Shown in pieces: positions 38,032 to 46,931 of a DNA stretch of 61,353 nucleotides. Both the position numbers and the translations under genes were made by a program. Every line of letters starts with the position of its first letter. Position 1 is the stretch's first letter. Under the pieces are notes generated by a model. The model did not search any database, had not been told where the DNA came from, and saw only the letters and a program-made list of their open reading frames with translations. The DNA comes from Bdellovibrionota bacterium (GTDB taxonomy: Bacteria > Bdellovibrionota_C > UBA2361 > OMIW01): contig JBIJBT010000003.1 in the NCBI GenBank assembly GCA_044345055.1, forward strand, positions 1-61,353, written 5' to 3'.

Positions 38032-38847
38032 CTAATACCGTATCGTTGCTCCTGAAGAGAGCGGTGATTGTATTGCGGATCCATGAGTAGCGCCATCGCG
38101 CGGTACGACGATGGGCTGGCCGATATTGCTTCCAGGAGCCACTGTTGCATTCCCAATCTGGGATAGATTTCGCACCGGAACGCGCTCGAGGGTAAGCGGT
38201 ATTGAACCCCCTCGGAGCAGTTTACTGATCTCTTTTGTACGGCTCATCTCAACTGATGCCGCTGAGAGGACTCGAGATGAGGAGGGATCAACAAGCCGTA
38301 CATTTACATACACCCTTTCGGGGGATGCTGAATAGGTGCCAGCTAAAATAGCACCGAGTCGCTGTGAACGCCTAACAGCTGCCGCCTCGCGAGATAGGCT
38401 AAACTCACCATCGGGGTTGAGGAAAGTGATGGCATCGCCGTGACGGAGCTCGATGACATCGTACCCACGCATGGTTAACTCGCTCATCAACTGCTCTCCA
38501 CACAAACGACCAAATGGGGAGGTAGTATGGAGATCCTCAAGATTGACAAATGTAGTTATTCCCACGGGGCCCGGGTCGGTACCTCGGAAAAATTCATCTA
38601 TTTGATCGGCGATGTAAGAAGTTTTAAATCGTCCTACCGATTGGTTTTCATAGTCTGCTAGACCGAACGGGAAAAATGAGGGTAAGTCACTATACCGTTT
38701 GCTACAGCCTGCAAGGAGGAGCACAGTAAGAGAAAGGATGGCTCGACGGAGGAGAGGACGGATGATGATCTGGCGGAAAACCTTGGTGGAGGGTGATATC
38801 GTGATACAGCTTGGTCGAAAGGAGTTAGCGTTCATGGGTATGCTCAA
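38032..38847 (-). CDS. FlgO-domain outer-membrane lipoprotein
   Basis: LLAGC lipobox; TFVNL.DL..TS.FGRL..EQL..EL...GY.V.E, GEFSLSRE, GTY......YVNVRL. The true start may be later. Confidence 0.78.
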   Translation of the reverse strand: MSIPMNANSFRPSCITISPSTKVFRQIIIRPLLRRAILSLTVLLLAGCSKRYSDLPSFFPFGLADYENQSVGRFKTSYIADQIDEFFRGTDPGPVGITTFVNLEDLHTTSPFGRLCGEQLMSELTMRGYDVIELRHGDAITFLNPDGEFSLSREAAAVRRSQRLGAILAGTYSASPERVYVNVRLVDPSSSRVLSAASVEMSRTKEISKLLRGGSIPLTLERVPVRNLSQIGNATVAPGSNIGQPIVVPRDGATHGSAIQSPLSSGATIRY

Positions 38848-38866
38848 TCCTCGTATATCACCCGTT

Positions 38867-39523
38867 ATGGGGCGTTATTGTCGTTCGATAGCCACAGTAA
38901 CCCCTCGACGGTACGATTGGGGTTGGTGGCGCGTCAGCTCTTTGACGATATTTCTGCTGCTATTGTCTGGATGCAGTCTATTTGAGCGTCACCACCCTAC
39001 CTCGTGCAAAAGCCATGCCTATATCAAAGTTGCTGTAGAGAATTATATAAGGAATAACTACTCCAAACCCGATACAGTTAGAGCTGTTGTTTTACCTTTC
39101 TTCGCTCCTCTTAATTTGAAGCCTGCACGGTTTGATCAGGTTCCCGAGTCTTTCGGTTCGGAGATCGCCCGGATTGTTCATGCGCAACTTCTCGAGTCGC
39201 GAATTTTTCCGATAGTTGAGATTTCTTTTAATGGCCCAAGAACGGCGCCGTTTTCGGACTTTTTTGGTGGAAATCACGAGGTAATGGAGTGGGCTCGTAC
39301 GCAGGGATACGACTTAATCGTTATTGGTCAGGTCGAGCAATTTACGACACTTACTGAGATGGCGATTACCAGCAAGGTCATCGATGTGACGAAGGGGGTA
39401 ACGTTGTGGTACGGTCACGGCAAAACCTCTGCGAAAAAATCCACACTCCCAGAGTATCGGCTCTTAACTGAAGATGGGGTGCGTTGTTTGTTCTCAAGTC
39501 TGCTGCAATATGTGGACGATTAA
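38867..39523 (+). CDS. Hypothetical lipoprotein (CsgG/TolB-N-like pattern)
   Basis: LLSGC lipobox; AVVLPF, GYDLIVIG.V, KVIDV..G.TLWY. Start moved to ATG 38867 to avoid overlapping the FlgO-like gene. Confidence 0.6.
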   Translation: MGRYCRSIATVTPRRYDWGWWRVSSLTIFLLLLSGCSLFERHHPTSCKSHAYIKVAVENYIRNNYSKPDTVRAVVLPFFAPLNLKPARFDQVPESFGSEIARIVHAQLLESRIFPIVEISFNGPRTAPFSDFFGGNHEVMEWARTQGYDLIVIGQVEQFTTLTEMAITSKVIDVTKGVTLWYGHGKTSAKKSTLPEYRLLTEDGVRCLFSSLLQYVDD

Positions 39524-39682
39524 GAGGTGAGAGATGCCTCCGGTTTTTCGTGACTATTGTTGCGAGAAATTGAAAAGTTTTTGCTAGGTAACGAGCAAAA
39601 TTACTTCGAGCCGCTCTTCAGCAAAATAGGAGGCGAAATTTCGTCGAGCCTTACTCCCATCCGAATTGCGTTGAAAACCTAA

Positions 39683-40687
39683 ATGGTAATGGCTAGTACC
39701 TTGAGTCGCTTACTTTTTCGCATAGTCATTCCCTGGTGCTGCACTATTGGTGCGCTTTATGTCTGTTCGCAAGGAATGGAGTGGAGGCGGTTTACTGAGT
39801 GTCTGAGGGGAGTTAATATCCCGTTTCTAATCTTGCCGATAGTATTTACTGCGCTCTCGTATGTGCTCCGCTCGATGCGATGGCGTCTGCTTTTTCCCCG
39901 TGCAGCTCCTTCACTCAAGGTAACTTACAAGGCCTTGGTATTCGGATTTTTTATGAATAACGTGCTACCGGCGCGGGCTGGAGAATTGGTGCGGGCTCAT
40001 GTGGGAGCTCGTCTCTCGAGAGAGCCGCGCTCATTGGTACTGGCCACAATAGTAGCAGAACGAATTTTGGATGGTCTTGCGTTAAGTCTACTCCTGAGTG
40101 TCGCATCTTTATCCATTCACGGTGCAACCTATACACGCCAGCTCCAGTACGTCGGATTTGCCTTTGGTGGAGCCGCTCTTTTTATTGTGCTATTTCTCTC
40201 GCAACGGCAGATAATCGAACGTCTCCTTAATACTCTTGAGGCGAAAATCTCCTCTCGGACCGTTGTGCTTTTTGTAGGCAAAAGTCGCCATTTTATCGAT
40301 GGTCTAGCCCCCCTATTTTGCTATCGACGACTTCCCCTCATACTATTCTGGACCTCGGCGGTTTGGCTTCTAGAGCTCTCAGTCTTTTGGTTGGTTTCTT
40401 CCGCCTTCGCCGTCCAGATGTCTGCTCAGCAGGCGATATTTTTCCTGGTCAGTAGCAATTTTGCATCGTTGATACCTGCGGCTCCCGGTGGCATCGGTAT
40501 CGTTGAGGCGGTTTCGTCCGCAGTGTTGGTTTCGCTCGGTTTTGACAGAGAAATATCGATTGCCATGGCACTTTCTCAACATGTGATTCAATACGCAATG
40601 GTCGGTATTCCTGGTCTTTATCTAATGTTGAGGTTTCGTGAGCTTCGAAGCGGGCCGAGTTTAACGGACAGGTCAGACATCACTTAA
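39683..40687 (+). CDS. Lysylphosphatidylglycerol-synthase TM region / flippase-like membrane protein
   Basis: LRSMRWR.L, GFFMNNVLPARAGE..R, ERILDG, IPAAPGGIG..E. Confidence 0.85.
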   Translation: MVMASTLSRLLFRIVIPWCCTIGALYVCSQGMEWRRFTECLRGVNIPFLILPIVFTALSYVLRSMRWRLLFPRAAPSLKVTYKALVFGFFMNNVLPARAGELVRAHVGARLSREPRSLVLATIVAERILDGLALSLLLSVASLSIHGATYTRQLQYVGFAFGGAALFIVLFLSQRQIIERLLNTLEAKISSRTVVLFVGKSRHFIDGLAPLFCYRRLPLILFWTSAVWLLELSVFWLVSSAFAVQMSAQQAIFFLVSSNFASLIPAAPGGIGIVEAVSSAVLVSLGFDREISIAMALSQHVIQYAMVGIPGLYLMLRFRELRSGPSLTDRSDIT

Positions 40688-40717
40688 TGACCCAGTGTCT
40701 TGATAAAAGGATCTCTT

Positions 40718-41500
40718 ATGGATGTTCAGCCTCCATTTGTCATTGAGTGGTTATCTCAGCAATCAGAGGTTGAGCAGAGCTTGGTTGCAGTCTCTATTAT
40801 TATACCAGCCTACAATGAAGAGCTTCGTCTACCACCGACTTTGATTCAGGGGATAGATTTTCTTGAACAGCAGGGTTTCTCCTATGAAATAATCGTCATT
40901 GATGATGGTAGTCGCGATGGAACGGCGGAGATGGTGCGACGGTTTCAGCGAATTCGGCCCCAGATAGCGCTGATTCGGCTGGCCCGCAATAGAGGCAAAG
41001 GCCATGCGGTGAAAACGGGAGTTCTCAATTCTCGCGGCGATTTAGTGCTTATTGCTGATGCAGATGGATCTACTCCGTTCGAGGAGTTATTGCGCTTGAA
41101 GCAAGCAATTGAGGAGCGAGGAGTTGAGGTGGCGATTGGCTCTCGCGCAGTTGCTGATTCTGGAATCGTCGTGGCAGCGAAGTGGCACCGAATGATTATC
41201 GGCAGGATCTTTAATCTGATCGTCAACACCCTTGCAGTGCCAGATGTAAAAGACACGCAGTGCGGTTTTAAACTTTTCACCCGAAAAGCTGCGCGGGAGC
41301 TTTTTTCTCGTCAAACAGTTGATGGGTGGGCTTTTGATGTTGAGATTCTCTACCTAGCGAGGCGCCTCGGGATAAAGTTTGCGGAAATACCCGTAAATTG
41401 GCGCTCAATAGCGGGTTCAAAGGTCAATTTGCTAATTGATCCAATTAAAATGTTTCTACAAATTTTACTAATTGTTATTCGGCATCGCTCTACGAAGTAG
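40718..41500 (+). CDS. GT2 glycosyltransferase, dolichyl-phosphate beta-glucosyltransferase-like
   Basis: IIPAYNEE.RL, IDDGSRDGT, NRGKGHAV, ADADGSTP, DTQCGFKLF, WAFDVEIL. Confidence 0.9.
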   Translation: MDVQPPFVIEWLSQQSEVEQSLVAVSIIIPAYNEELRLPPTLIQGIDFLEQQGFSYEIIVIDDGSRDGTAEMVRRFQRIRPQIALIRLARNRGKGHAVKTGVLNSRGDLVLIADADGSTPFEELLRLKQAIEERGVEVAIGSRAVADSGIVVAAKWHRMIIGRIFNLIVNTLAVPDVKDTQCGFKLFTRKAARELFSRQTVDGWAFDVEILYLARRLGIKFAEIPVNWRSIAGSKVNLLIDPIKMFLQILLIVIRHRSTK

Positions 41501-41876
41501 TTGAAGTCGCTCATATTCCAAGGCCAATTATGGGCCGTTTTTCCGAAATGAAGGTTTATTTAGCCGCTCTTTTGGAAGTTTTTACGAAACAATTACAACT
41601 AAAGCGAATCCTCGGGACAAGTGACCCCATTTTTTGTGGCATACTAACTTGTGCGTTTCCTGGAAAGAGATCAAATTGCTAAGAGACGCAGGTTCTGACT
41701 GTAGGTTGTATCGGCAAACGTTTTGAGAAGATGAATTGTTGGACTTGCTGACGCAGAGTTTTTGACTCTGAGTTCACAACGCTGAGTTCATAAGTGGCTC
41801 GGTGAGTGGTCAGCTACTCTTTTCTTTAGCCAAATTGGTTATACAAAAAACGTCTCATTTCGTCAGGGAGCTCATA

Positions 41877-42521
41877 ATGCCTAAGGATAAACGGCTCAGT
41901 GATATCGCGCTGATAGATCAGGTTCGAGAGGGTTCGGTTGAAGCCTTCGAGGAGCTCGTCTCCCGATATGAATCAACAGTGTACAACCTTGCGCTTCGAT
42001 TTACTCGCAATCAAGAAGATGCAGAAGAGGTGCTCCAAGATGTTTTTTTTACAATCTTTACCAAAGTAAAGGGTTTTGAGGGTAAGTCAGCTTTTTCAAG
42101 CTGGTTGTACCGAGTAATTGTTAACTCCTCATTCATGAAGCTCAGAAAGCGAAGAAGCTCTCTAATCGTTGCGATAGAAGAAGATCAGGAGCATGGAGCT
42201 CAACGTACAGTTGAGAATGAGCGAAGTGGCGATGAGATGCTCGACGATCAATTACAAAATAAGCGGCTCCGAGAAATTCTCGGCGCGGCGGTTGATAAAT
42301 TACCCGAGCAATATCGGGCGGTTTTTCTGCTCCGAGACGTTGAAGGATTATCAAATACCGAAGTGGGTGAGGTACTCGATATCACCGTCCCAGCCGTAAA
42401 ATCGAGGTTACACAGAGCTCGTTTGATGTTACGTCGTAAACTCCACCGTCTGTTTGAAGATTACTCTAGCCGTCCGGTGCTAATACCGGTCGAGACAGAT
42501 CTGTTGCTGGCAGCAAATTAA
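41877..42521 (+). CDS. ECF-family RNA polymerase sigma factor
   Basis: AFEELV.RY, DAEEVLQDVF, FSSWLYRV, LPEQYRAVFLLRDVEGLS..E....L......VKSRLHRAR. ATG 41877 follows GGGAG. Confidence 0.92.
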   Translation: MPKDKRLSDIALIDQVREGSVEAFEELVSRYESTVYNLALRFTRNQEDAEEVLQDVFFTIFTKVKGFEGKSAFSSWLYRVIVNSSFMKLRKRRSSLIVAIEEDQEHGAQRTVENERSGDEMLDDQLQNKRLREILGAAVDKLPEQYRAVFLLRDVEGLSNTEVGEVLDITVPAVKSRLHRARLMLRRKLHRLFEDYSSRPVLIPVETDLLLAAN

Positions 42522-42550
42522 TGCTCTGACATCGCCGTGTTTATCGGCAG

Positions 42551-42583
42551 GTAACTAATAGGAGGAGCAATCCTATTAGTTAC
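42551..42583. terminator. Perfect 13-bp hairpin between convergent genes (terminator-like)
   Basis: GTAACTAATAGGA-ggagcaa-TCCTATTAGTTAC followed by ATTTT. Confidence 0.7.
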
Positions 42584-42602
42584 ATTTTGGGAGAAATTTG
42601 CA

Positions 42603-42929
42603 TTATTCGGCCTTTTTAGTTTTAACGAGTAACCGCTCAATCGTAGCGGAGAGAAGTGGATCGGTCTCGAATAAAAGTGCAAGAACTTCTCGGGTCTCTG
42701 GATCTACTGCCCCGCCATATTTATTGCCTGCTTCATTAATGATGCCATCGATCGCTTCCGAGATCGTTTCGAAGCCCTGTCCCTTTAACGATTCGATTGA
42801 TTCAGACCAGTCACTGGAGCTATTTTTTTCTGATAGCTGAGCTGAGCGATTGCTCTTGGCAAAAGATCGACCTCCTTTTCTTTTTTTCTCGGGCTCTGCT
42901 GCAGAGTTTTGTTTTAGCTTTGCATTCAT
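42603..42929 (-). CDS. Hypothetical protein, last gene of the T3SS-like cluster
   Basis: GAGGAG RBS; basic N-terminus and helical C-terminus (LLFETDPLL); directly follows sctV. Confidence 0.65.
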   Translation of the reverse strand: MNAKLKQNSAAEPEKKRKGGRSFAKSNRSAQLSEKNSSSDWSESIESLKGQGFETISEAIDGIINEAGNKYGGAVDPETREVLALLFETDPLLSATIERLLVKTKKAE

Positions 42930-42968
42930 ATCTTTTTCTCCTCAAAAAAATCTTATATTAATGACACA

Positions 42969-44891
42969 TTATTGCCATGCCGAAGTCATTTGATCGAAGC
43001 TGCTGGTATAATTGTTTGCCAAATCGGAGATATCATCAGCGGGCTCATCTTCGACTAGGGTTAGCATTTCCCCGATCTCGTAAGCGAACCCGACAAGCTC
43101 CTCGCGTGCATATATTGCGATCTCTATCCCATTGTGGCGCAGAATGTCACGCAGAATCGCCCGTGAACCCCGACCTACAACGATGCCATGAAGACGGTCT
43201 CGACGGGCATCAACCCACGAAGTAATCTCCTGAATGAGAGATAACGGCGGTACCCCTCCCGATCTCTCAGCGTGCATCAGAGCTCCATCAATAGGAGCCG
43301 ATACTGAACCGAAGAGCCTTTTTTCGGACGATAGAATAAACGGCTGTATGATCGCTCTTCGAAGCGCAATTCGACTCTCCTCAAGGAGCGGTCGACCTGT
43401 CCCCACGAGCGGCACCTTTTCGCTTACAACCTGCAATAATCGGTCGAATGATCGGACCGATACTCCTTCAGAAAGAAGATCCCGCAAGAGCTGGGTTAAT
43501 TGCGAAACAGTTATCTGGCCCGGTATAAGAGTTCCGATAAGCTCTCCTTGATGACTGTTGTGGAGATCGAGAAGGGCTCGAGTCATCGAATCGTTGATGA
43601 GGCCCGGCAGTTCGCTCTCGACTATCTCCTCGAGCTGGCGACCAAATACATCTAGAGGTTTTGACTCTTCCGGCTGAGGAGAGTAGGCGATAACAGTCGT
43701 TCCCTGTATCTCTGCGCGGAGTTCGGTTTGCTTATCGGGCGGTGCAGAGACCAAAGATAGCGAGAATACCGGTAAAATAATCCCCCATTTATCAAAGATT
43801 AATTGTCGAATTTTCTCTAATGGCTCTATCACGGAGATAGCAGGAAGAGGGACTGACGATCGACCGGCAGAGACAATAACTCCAATAGGTGCAAGGGGTG
43901 ATGGAGAAAAGGCGGCAGGGATTGGATCAATCGAGGACTTTTTTGCGGAGCTCCATAGAACCGAAAGTCCCAGAGGCAAACCGATGACCAGACAGGTTAC
44001 TGTCGGCATCCCGGGAATGAAAGAAAAAAGTATAGCACTCACCGCAGTGATTACCCGAGCTTTTGGCATCGAGCCAAGCTGACTTAAGATATCAGCCTCA
44101 GCAGACTTATCATCGCCCCGAGGCACCCGAGTTACAAGCACGCCAGCGGCAACACATGTGATAAGGGAGGGGATCTGACCAGCAAGACCATCTCCTATAG
44201 AGAGAACGGTGTAGGTATTTAACGCTTCTATTATCGGCTTCCCGTCACGAAGAGTGCCCGAAATGATTCCACCAACCATGTTGATAATAGTCACACAGAT
44301 CGTGGCGATTGTGTCACCTTTAATAAATTTCATCGCTCCATCGAGCGCCCCGTAAAGCCGCGATTCGACCTGTAAATCTTGCCGCCTTTGCTGAGCTGCT
44401 AATGGGTCGAGCAATCCTGCCCGAAGGTCGGCATCGAGCGACATTTGACGACCAGGTAAGGCGTCGAGAGCAAATCGTGCGGAAACCTCAGCAACTCGCT
44501 CAGAGCCTTTACTAACTACCATGAACTGAATTATCGAGATGATTATAAAGAGAATGCACCCAACAAGTAGGTCATCATTCACCATAATTGAACCGAATGC
44601 AGCAACTATTGCGCCAGAATCTCCGGTGGTCAAAATCGCTCTTGTCGTAGAGATTGTTACCAGAAGACGGGATACAACACCTAGAAGAAGAATAGCTGGA
44701 AGAGTTGAGAAATGTGTCGGGTCTGAAACTGAAAAGCTTCCGACGAGAAGGAAAAGAGCGAGCAAAATATTCGAAATTATTAGACCATCGAGCATCGCCG
44801 ATGGAAGTGGAACTACGGCGCTGCCGATGATAAGGACGAGTAAAAAGGGAACGATTATTCCTTTCATCGGTAAGTAGCTCCGAGTCACCAT
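42969..44891 (-). CDS. sctV: Type III secretion export gate (FHIPEP family, SctV/FlhA)
   Basis: FMVVSKGSERVAEVSARFALDALPGRQMSLDADLRAG, LYGALDGAMKFIKGD, IGDGL..QIP, LL.EGVSVR. Confidence 0.85.
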   Translation of the reverse strand: MVTRSYLPMKGIIVPFLLVLIIGSAVVPLPSAMLDGLIISNILLALFLLVGSFSVSDPTHFSTLPAILLLGVVSRLLVTISTTRAILTTGDSGAIVAAFGSIMVNDDLLVGCILFIIISIIQFMVVSKGSERVAEVSARFALDALPGRQMSLDADLRAGLLDPLAAQQRRQDLQVESRLYGALDGAMKFIKGDTIATICVTIINMVGGIISGTLRDGKPIIEALNTYTVLSIGDGLAGQIPSLITCVAAGVLVTRVPRGDDKSAEADILSQLGSMPKARVITAVSAILFSFIPGMPTVTCLVIGLPLGLSVLWSSAKKSSIDPIPAAFSPSPLAPIGVIVSAGRSSVPLPAISVIEPLEKIRQLIFDKWGIILPVFSLSLVSAPPDKQTELRAEIQGTTVIAYSPQPEESKPLDVFGRQLEEIVESELPGLINDSMTRALLDLHNSHQGELIGTLIPGQITVSQLTQLLRDLLSEGVSVRSFDRLLQVVSEKVPLVGTGRPLLEESRIALRRAIIQPFILSSEKRLFGSVSAPIDGALMHAERSGGVPPLSLIQEITSWVDARRDRLHGIVVGRGSRAILRDILRHNGIEIAIYAREELVGFAYEIGEMLTLVEDEPADDISDLANNYTSSFDQMTSAWQ

Positions 44892-45037
44892 AGCTCAGGA
44901 TCTAGTCGAGAGAGAGATATGGTCAGTAATTATTTGAGAAAATATGTGGTGAAAGATTTAGCTTATCTCTCACCACCAAGCTTTGTTTGCTAAACGATCG
45001 AACCAGTTGATTACTACTGGACGATTTTAGCGCGCCA

Positions 45038-45313
45038 TTATGCTACTCGTACGTTACGAACTACTGTCATCCGAGTTTCATGCTCGGTACGCGACGTGTT
45101 TGTTTCCATCGTAACGACCTGCATATCTCTTTGAAACGCCATCTGCTGTTCGAGTAGAGCCCGATATTGGGGGTCTATGCTGACGGAGCCTCCACCCGAG
45201 GCTACCGCGCTCATGGCGCTTGCAAATGGGGCAGCGCCCTGTGCTAATGACGATACCGCAGATGCGGCAAGCTTAATTGGTTCAGAAAATATGCGAACAC
45301 CAGTAACGTTCAT
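45038..45313 (-). CDS. Small T3SS needle/rod-like secreted protein
   Basis: Ala/Gly/Ser-rich N-terminus; C-terminal LL..Q...Q...Q.......N..RT.HET.M.VV.N resembles the needle/rod SN..K...D....I..N motif; GGAGGA RBS. Confidence 0.55.
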   Translation of the reverse strand: MNVTGVRIFSEPIKLAASAVSSLAQGAAPFASAMSAVASGGGSVSIDPQYRALLEQQMAFQRDMQVVTMETNTSRTEHETRMTVVRNVRVA

Positions 45314-45427
45314 AGTCCTCCTTCCGATTTAGATCAAAACCGCCCCTTTAATTGCTTGGCAGAACCAATTTTCGCGCGAATCTTCTGTTTGATGAGGATT
45401 CTGCAAATGGGCGTTTATTTTGTCTCT

Positions 45428-45456
45428 ATTATCGTATCGAAGCGGTGAAAGTTTCC
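45428..45456 (-). promoter_or_regulatory. Sigma28-like promoter GGAAACTTT-N11-TACGATAAT
   Basis: Spacing matches the TAAAGTTT-N11-GCCGATAA type. A near-identical copy lies at 47766-47794. Confidence 0.65.
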
Positions 45457-45472
45457 CGTATTGGATGGGGTT

Positions 45473-45865
45473 TTAGATATTTTCTCGAAAAGAAAATGAG
45501 ATAGGTTCACCACCGCAGAGAGCTAAAATCTCTTTGAGCTCGAGAAACAAAGTGCCAAATGTATATAAATGGTCTGAATTATTTTGAATTGAGTCTTTTC
45601 GATCGGAGCGATAGGCGCGAAGTGTGCCAGATGTTCCTGACTTAATTTCAACTGTGACAATCATTTCAGGAAGTAGGTTCTGCTCGAGAGGAACCTCTTC
45701 ATATAAAGGAAAAAATGGATTACCGTCGGGCTGTCTTAGGGTCAGGGGAAATGAGATCAGGGTCTGCTGCGCTGTATCTGATCGCAGGGGTGTTTTAGCA
45801 GAAGAGCTTTTAAACCGTTCTGTCCAGGCCGCAGGAATTGGAGGATGGGGTTCAGTTTGTGACAT
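45473..45865 (-). CDS. Hypothetical protein in the T3SS-like cluster
   Basis: AAGGA RBS, co-oriented between sctJ and the needle-like gene; no recognisable motif. Confidence 0.5.
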   Translation of the reverse strand: MSQTEPHPPIPAAWTERFKSSSAKTPLRSDTAQQTLISFPLTLRQPDGNPFFPLYEEVPLEQNLLPEMIVTVEIKSGTSGTLRAYRSDRKDSIQNNSDHLYTFGTLFLELKEILALCGGEPISFSFRENI

Positions 45866-45904
45866 CTTGAATCCTTTAGGTTTTTTAGATGACAGGTTTC
45901 GCCT

Positions 45905-46870
45905 TTAAAGCTTTCGATAGGCTGCTTTCAGAGAGCGTGAGCGTCTTCGTCGCACTAATAGCGTGCCGATAAAAAGTGCGATAGCTGTTCCCGCAATCGG
46001 TATGGCGATGAGCACTAGCCTTTCATGATTCCTCGTAATCCAACTCAACGGTGTCGAGGATGGCGCTACAAATTCTGGTGAAGACCCTTCAATCTTTTCT
46101 CCGAGGTTGTGAGGAGAAGCTGATATATCAGGAGAAGTTGTTGATGTTTGCTCGAGAGACAGCTGCTCGGTTTTAGCAGCTGGATCGGGTGTAAGGCGGG
46201 GACCATCTAGAAGCTTTTGCTGGTGGGAAGATAAGAATGTATCTGAGGTCTTTGGTAACTCTGAAATAATAACGTGAACCCGCTCTTGAGCTAACGCTGT
46301 TCCGTTTGCTATGAATTGAGCGATTGAATCACGAGATATATCGGCACCTGTAGAGCTGATTACAAGAACGCTCGCAGAGCCAAGACTAACAGCCTTTTTC
46401 TCCTGCTCGTTTACTCCTTGATTTGGGGGAAAAGCAATCGTTACACGAGCGGCGACTATCGAGGGAAGGATTCTCAAGGAATCCTCGAGCTGATGGGCAA
46501 GCTGTTGAGTTACGTAAAGCTTCTCCTGTTCTGGTCCAGAGAGAAAACCGGGAGGTTTATCCTCTTGTGAGCGATCTCTTAAGAGTGGACGAATTAAAGC
46601 CGCAATCTGTGAGGCTTCGGAAGATTGTTCGGTACTCACCTCGATTTTATGGAAATTCTTTCCGTTCTCTGATGAAGATGCATCGATGCCTCGAATTCGC
46701 ATCTCGTAGAGAATTTTACCTACTTCTTGCTCCGATAGATCGGAGAGAATCTCTGTGCGGCATCCGGTTAAGATCAAGAAAAAAGCGATAAGTAAAAAGG
46801 AATAGTTGAGCCGTTTCCCTTTATCTAGGTACGATCGGGTGAATAATTGTATTCGTTGAATTGTTGTCAT
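45905..46870 (-). CDS. sctJ: Type III secretion inner-ring lipoprotein (SctJ/YscJ/EscJ)
   Basis: LTGC lipobox then EILSDLSEQE...I...GI.A; EKL...LA.QLE.SL...P.IV.ARV.I, SASVLV, I..F.A......L....V.VI; C-terminal TM helix plus basic tail. Confidence 0.8.
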   Translation of the reverse strand: MTTIQRIQLFTRSYLDKGKRLNYSFLLIAFFLILTGCRTEILSDLSEQEVGKILYEMRIRGIDASSSENGKNFHKIEVSTEQSSEASQIAALIRPLLRDRSQEDKPPGFLSGPEQEKLYVTQQLAHQLEDSLRILPSIVAARVTIAFPPNQGVNEQEKKAVSLGSASVLVISSTGADISRDSIAQFIANGTALAQERVHVIISELPKTSDTFLSSHQQKLLDGPRLTPDPAAKTEQLSLEQTSTTSPDISASPHNLGEKIEGSSPEFVAPSSTPLSWITRNHERLVLIAIPIAGTAIALFIGTLLVRRRRSRSLKAAYRKL

Positions 46871-46931
46871 GGGAATTGTGGAATGTGATTCAAATATCGA
46901 CTTATGAAACAGTAGTGTCCGGCAATTTTCC

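Noticed and set aside
42541-42548. Perfect GCCGATAA on the minus strand
   Set aside because: It points antisense into the ECF sigma gene, lacks a -35 and lies in the terminator region between convergent genes.
42969-44891. Flagellar flhA assignment
   Set aside because: Motif wording and the neighbouring SctJ-type lipoprotein favour the injectisome type; no flhB/flhF context. Phylogeny is still needed.
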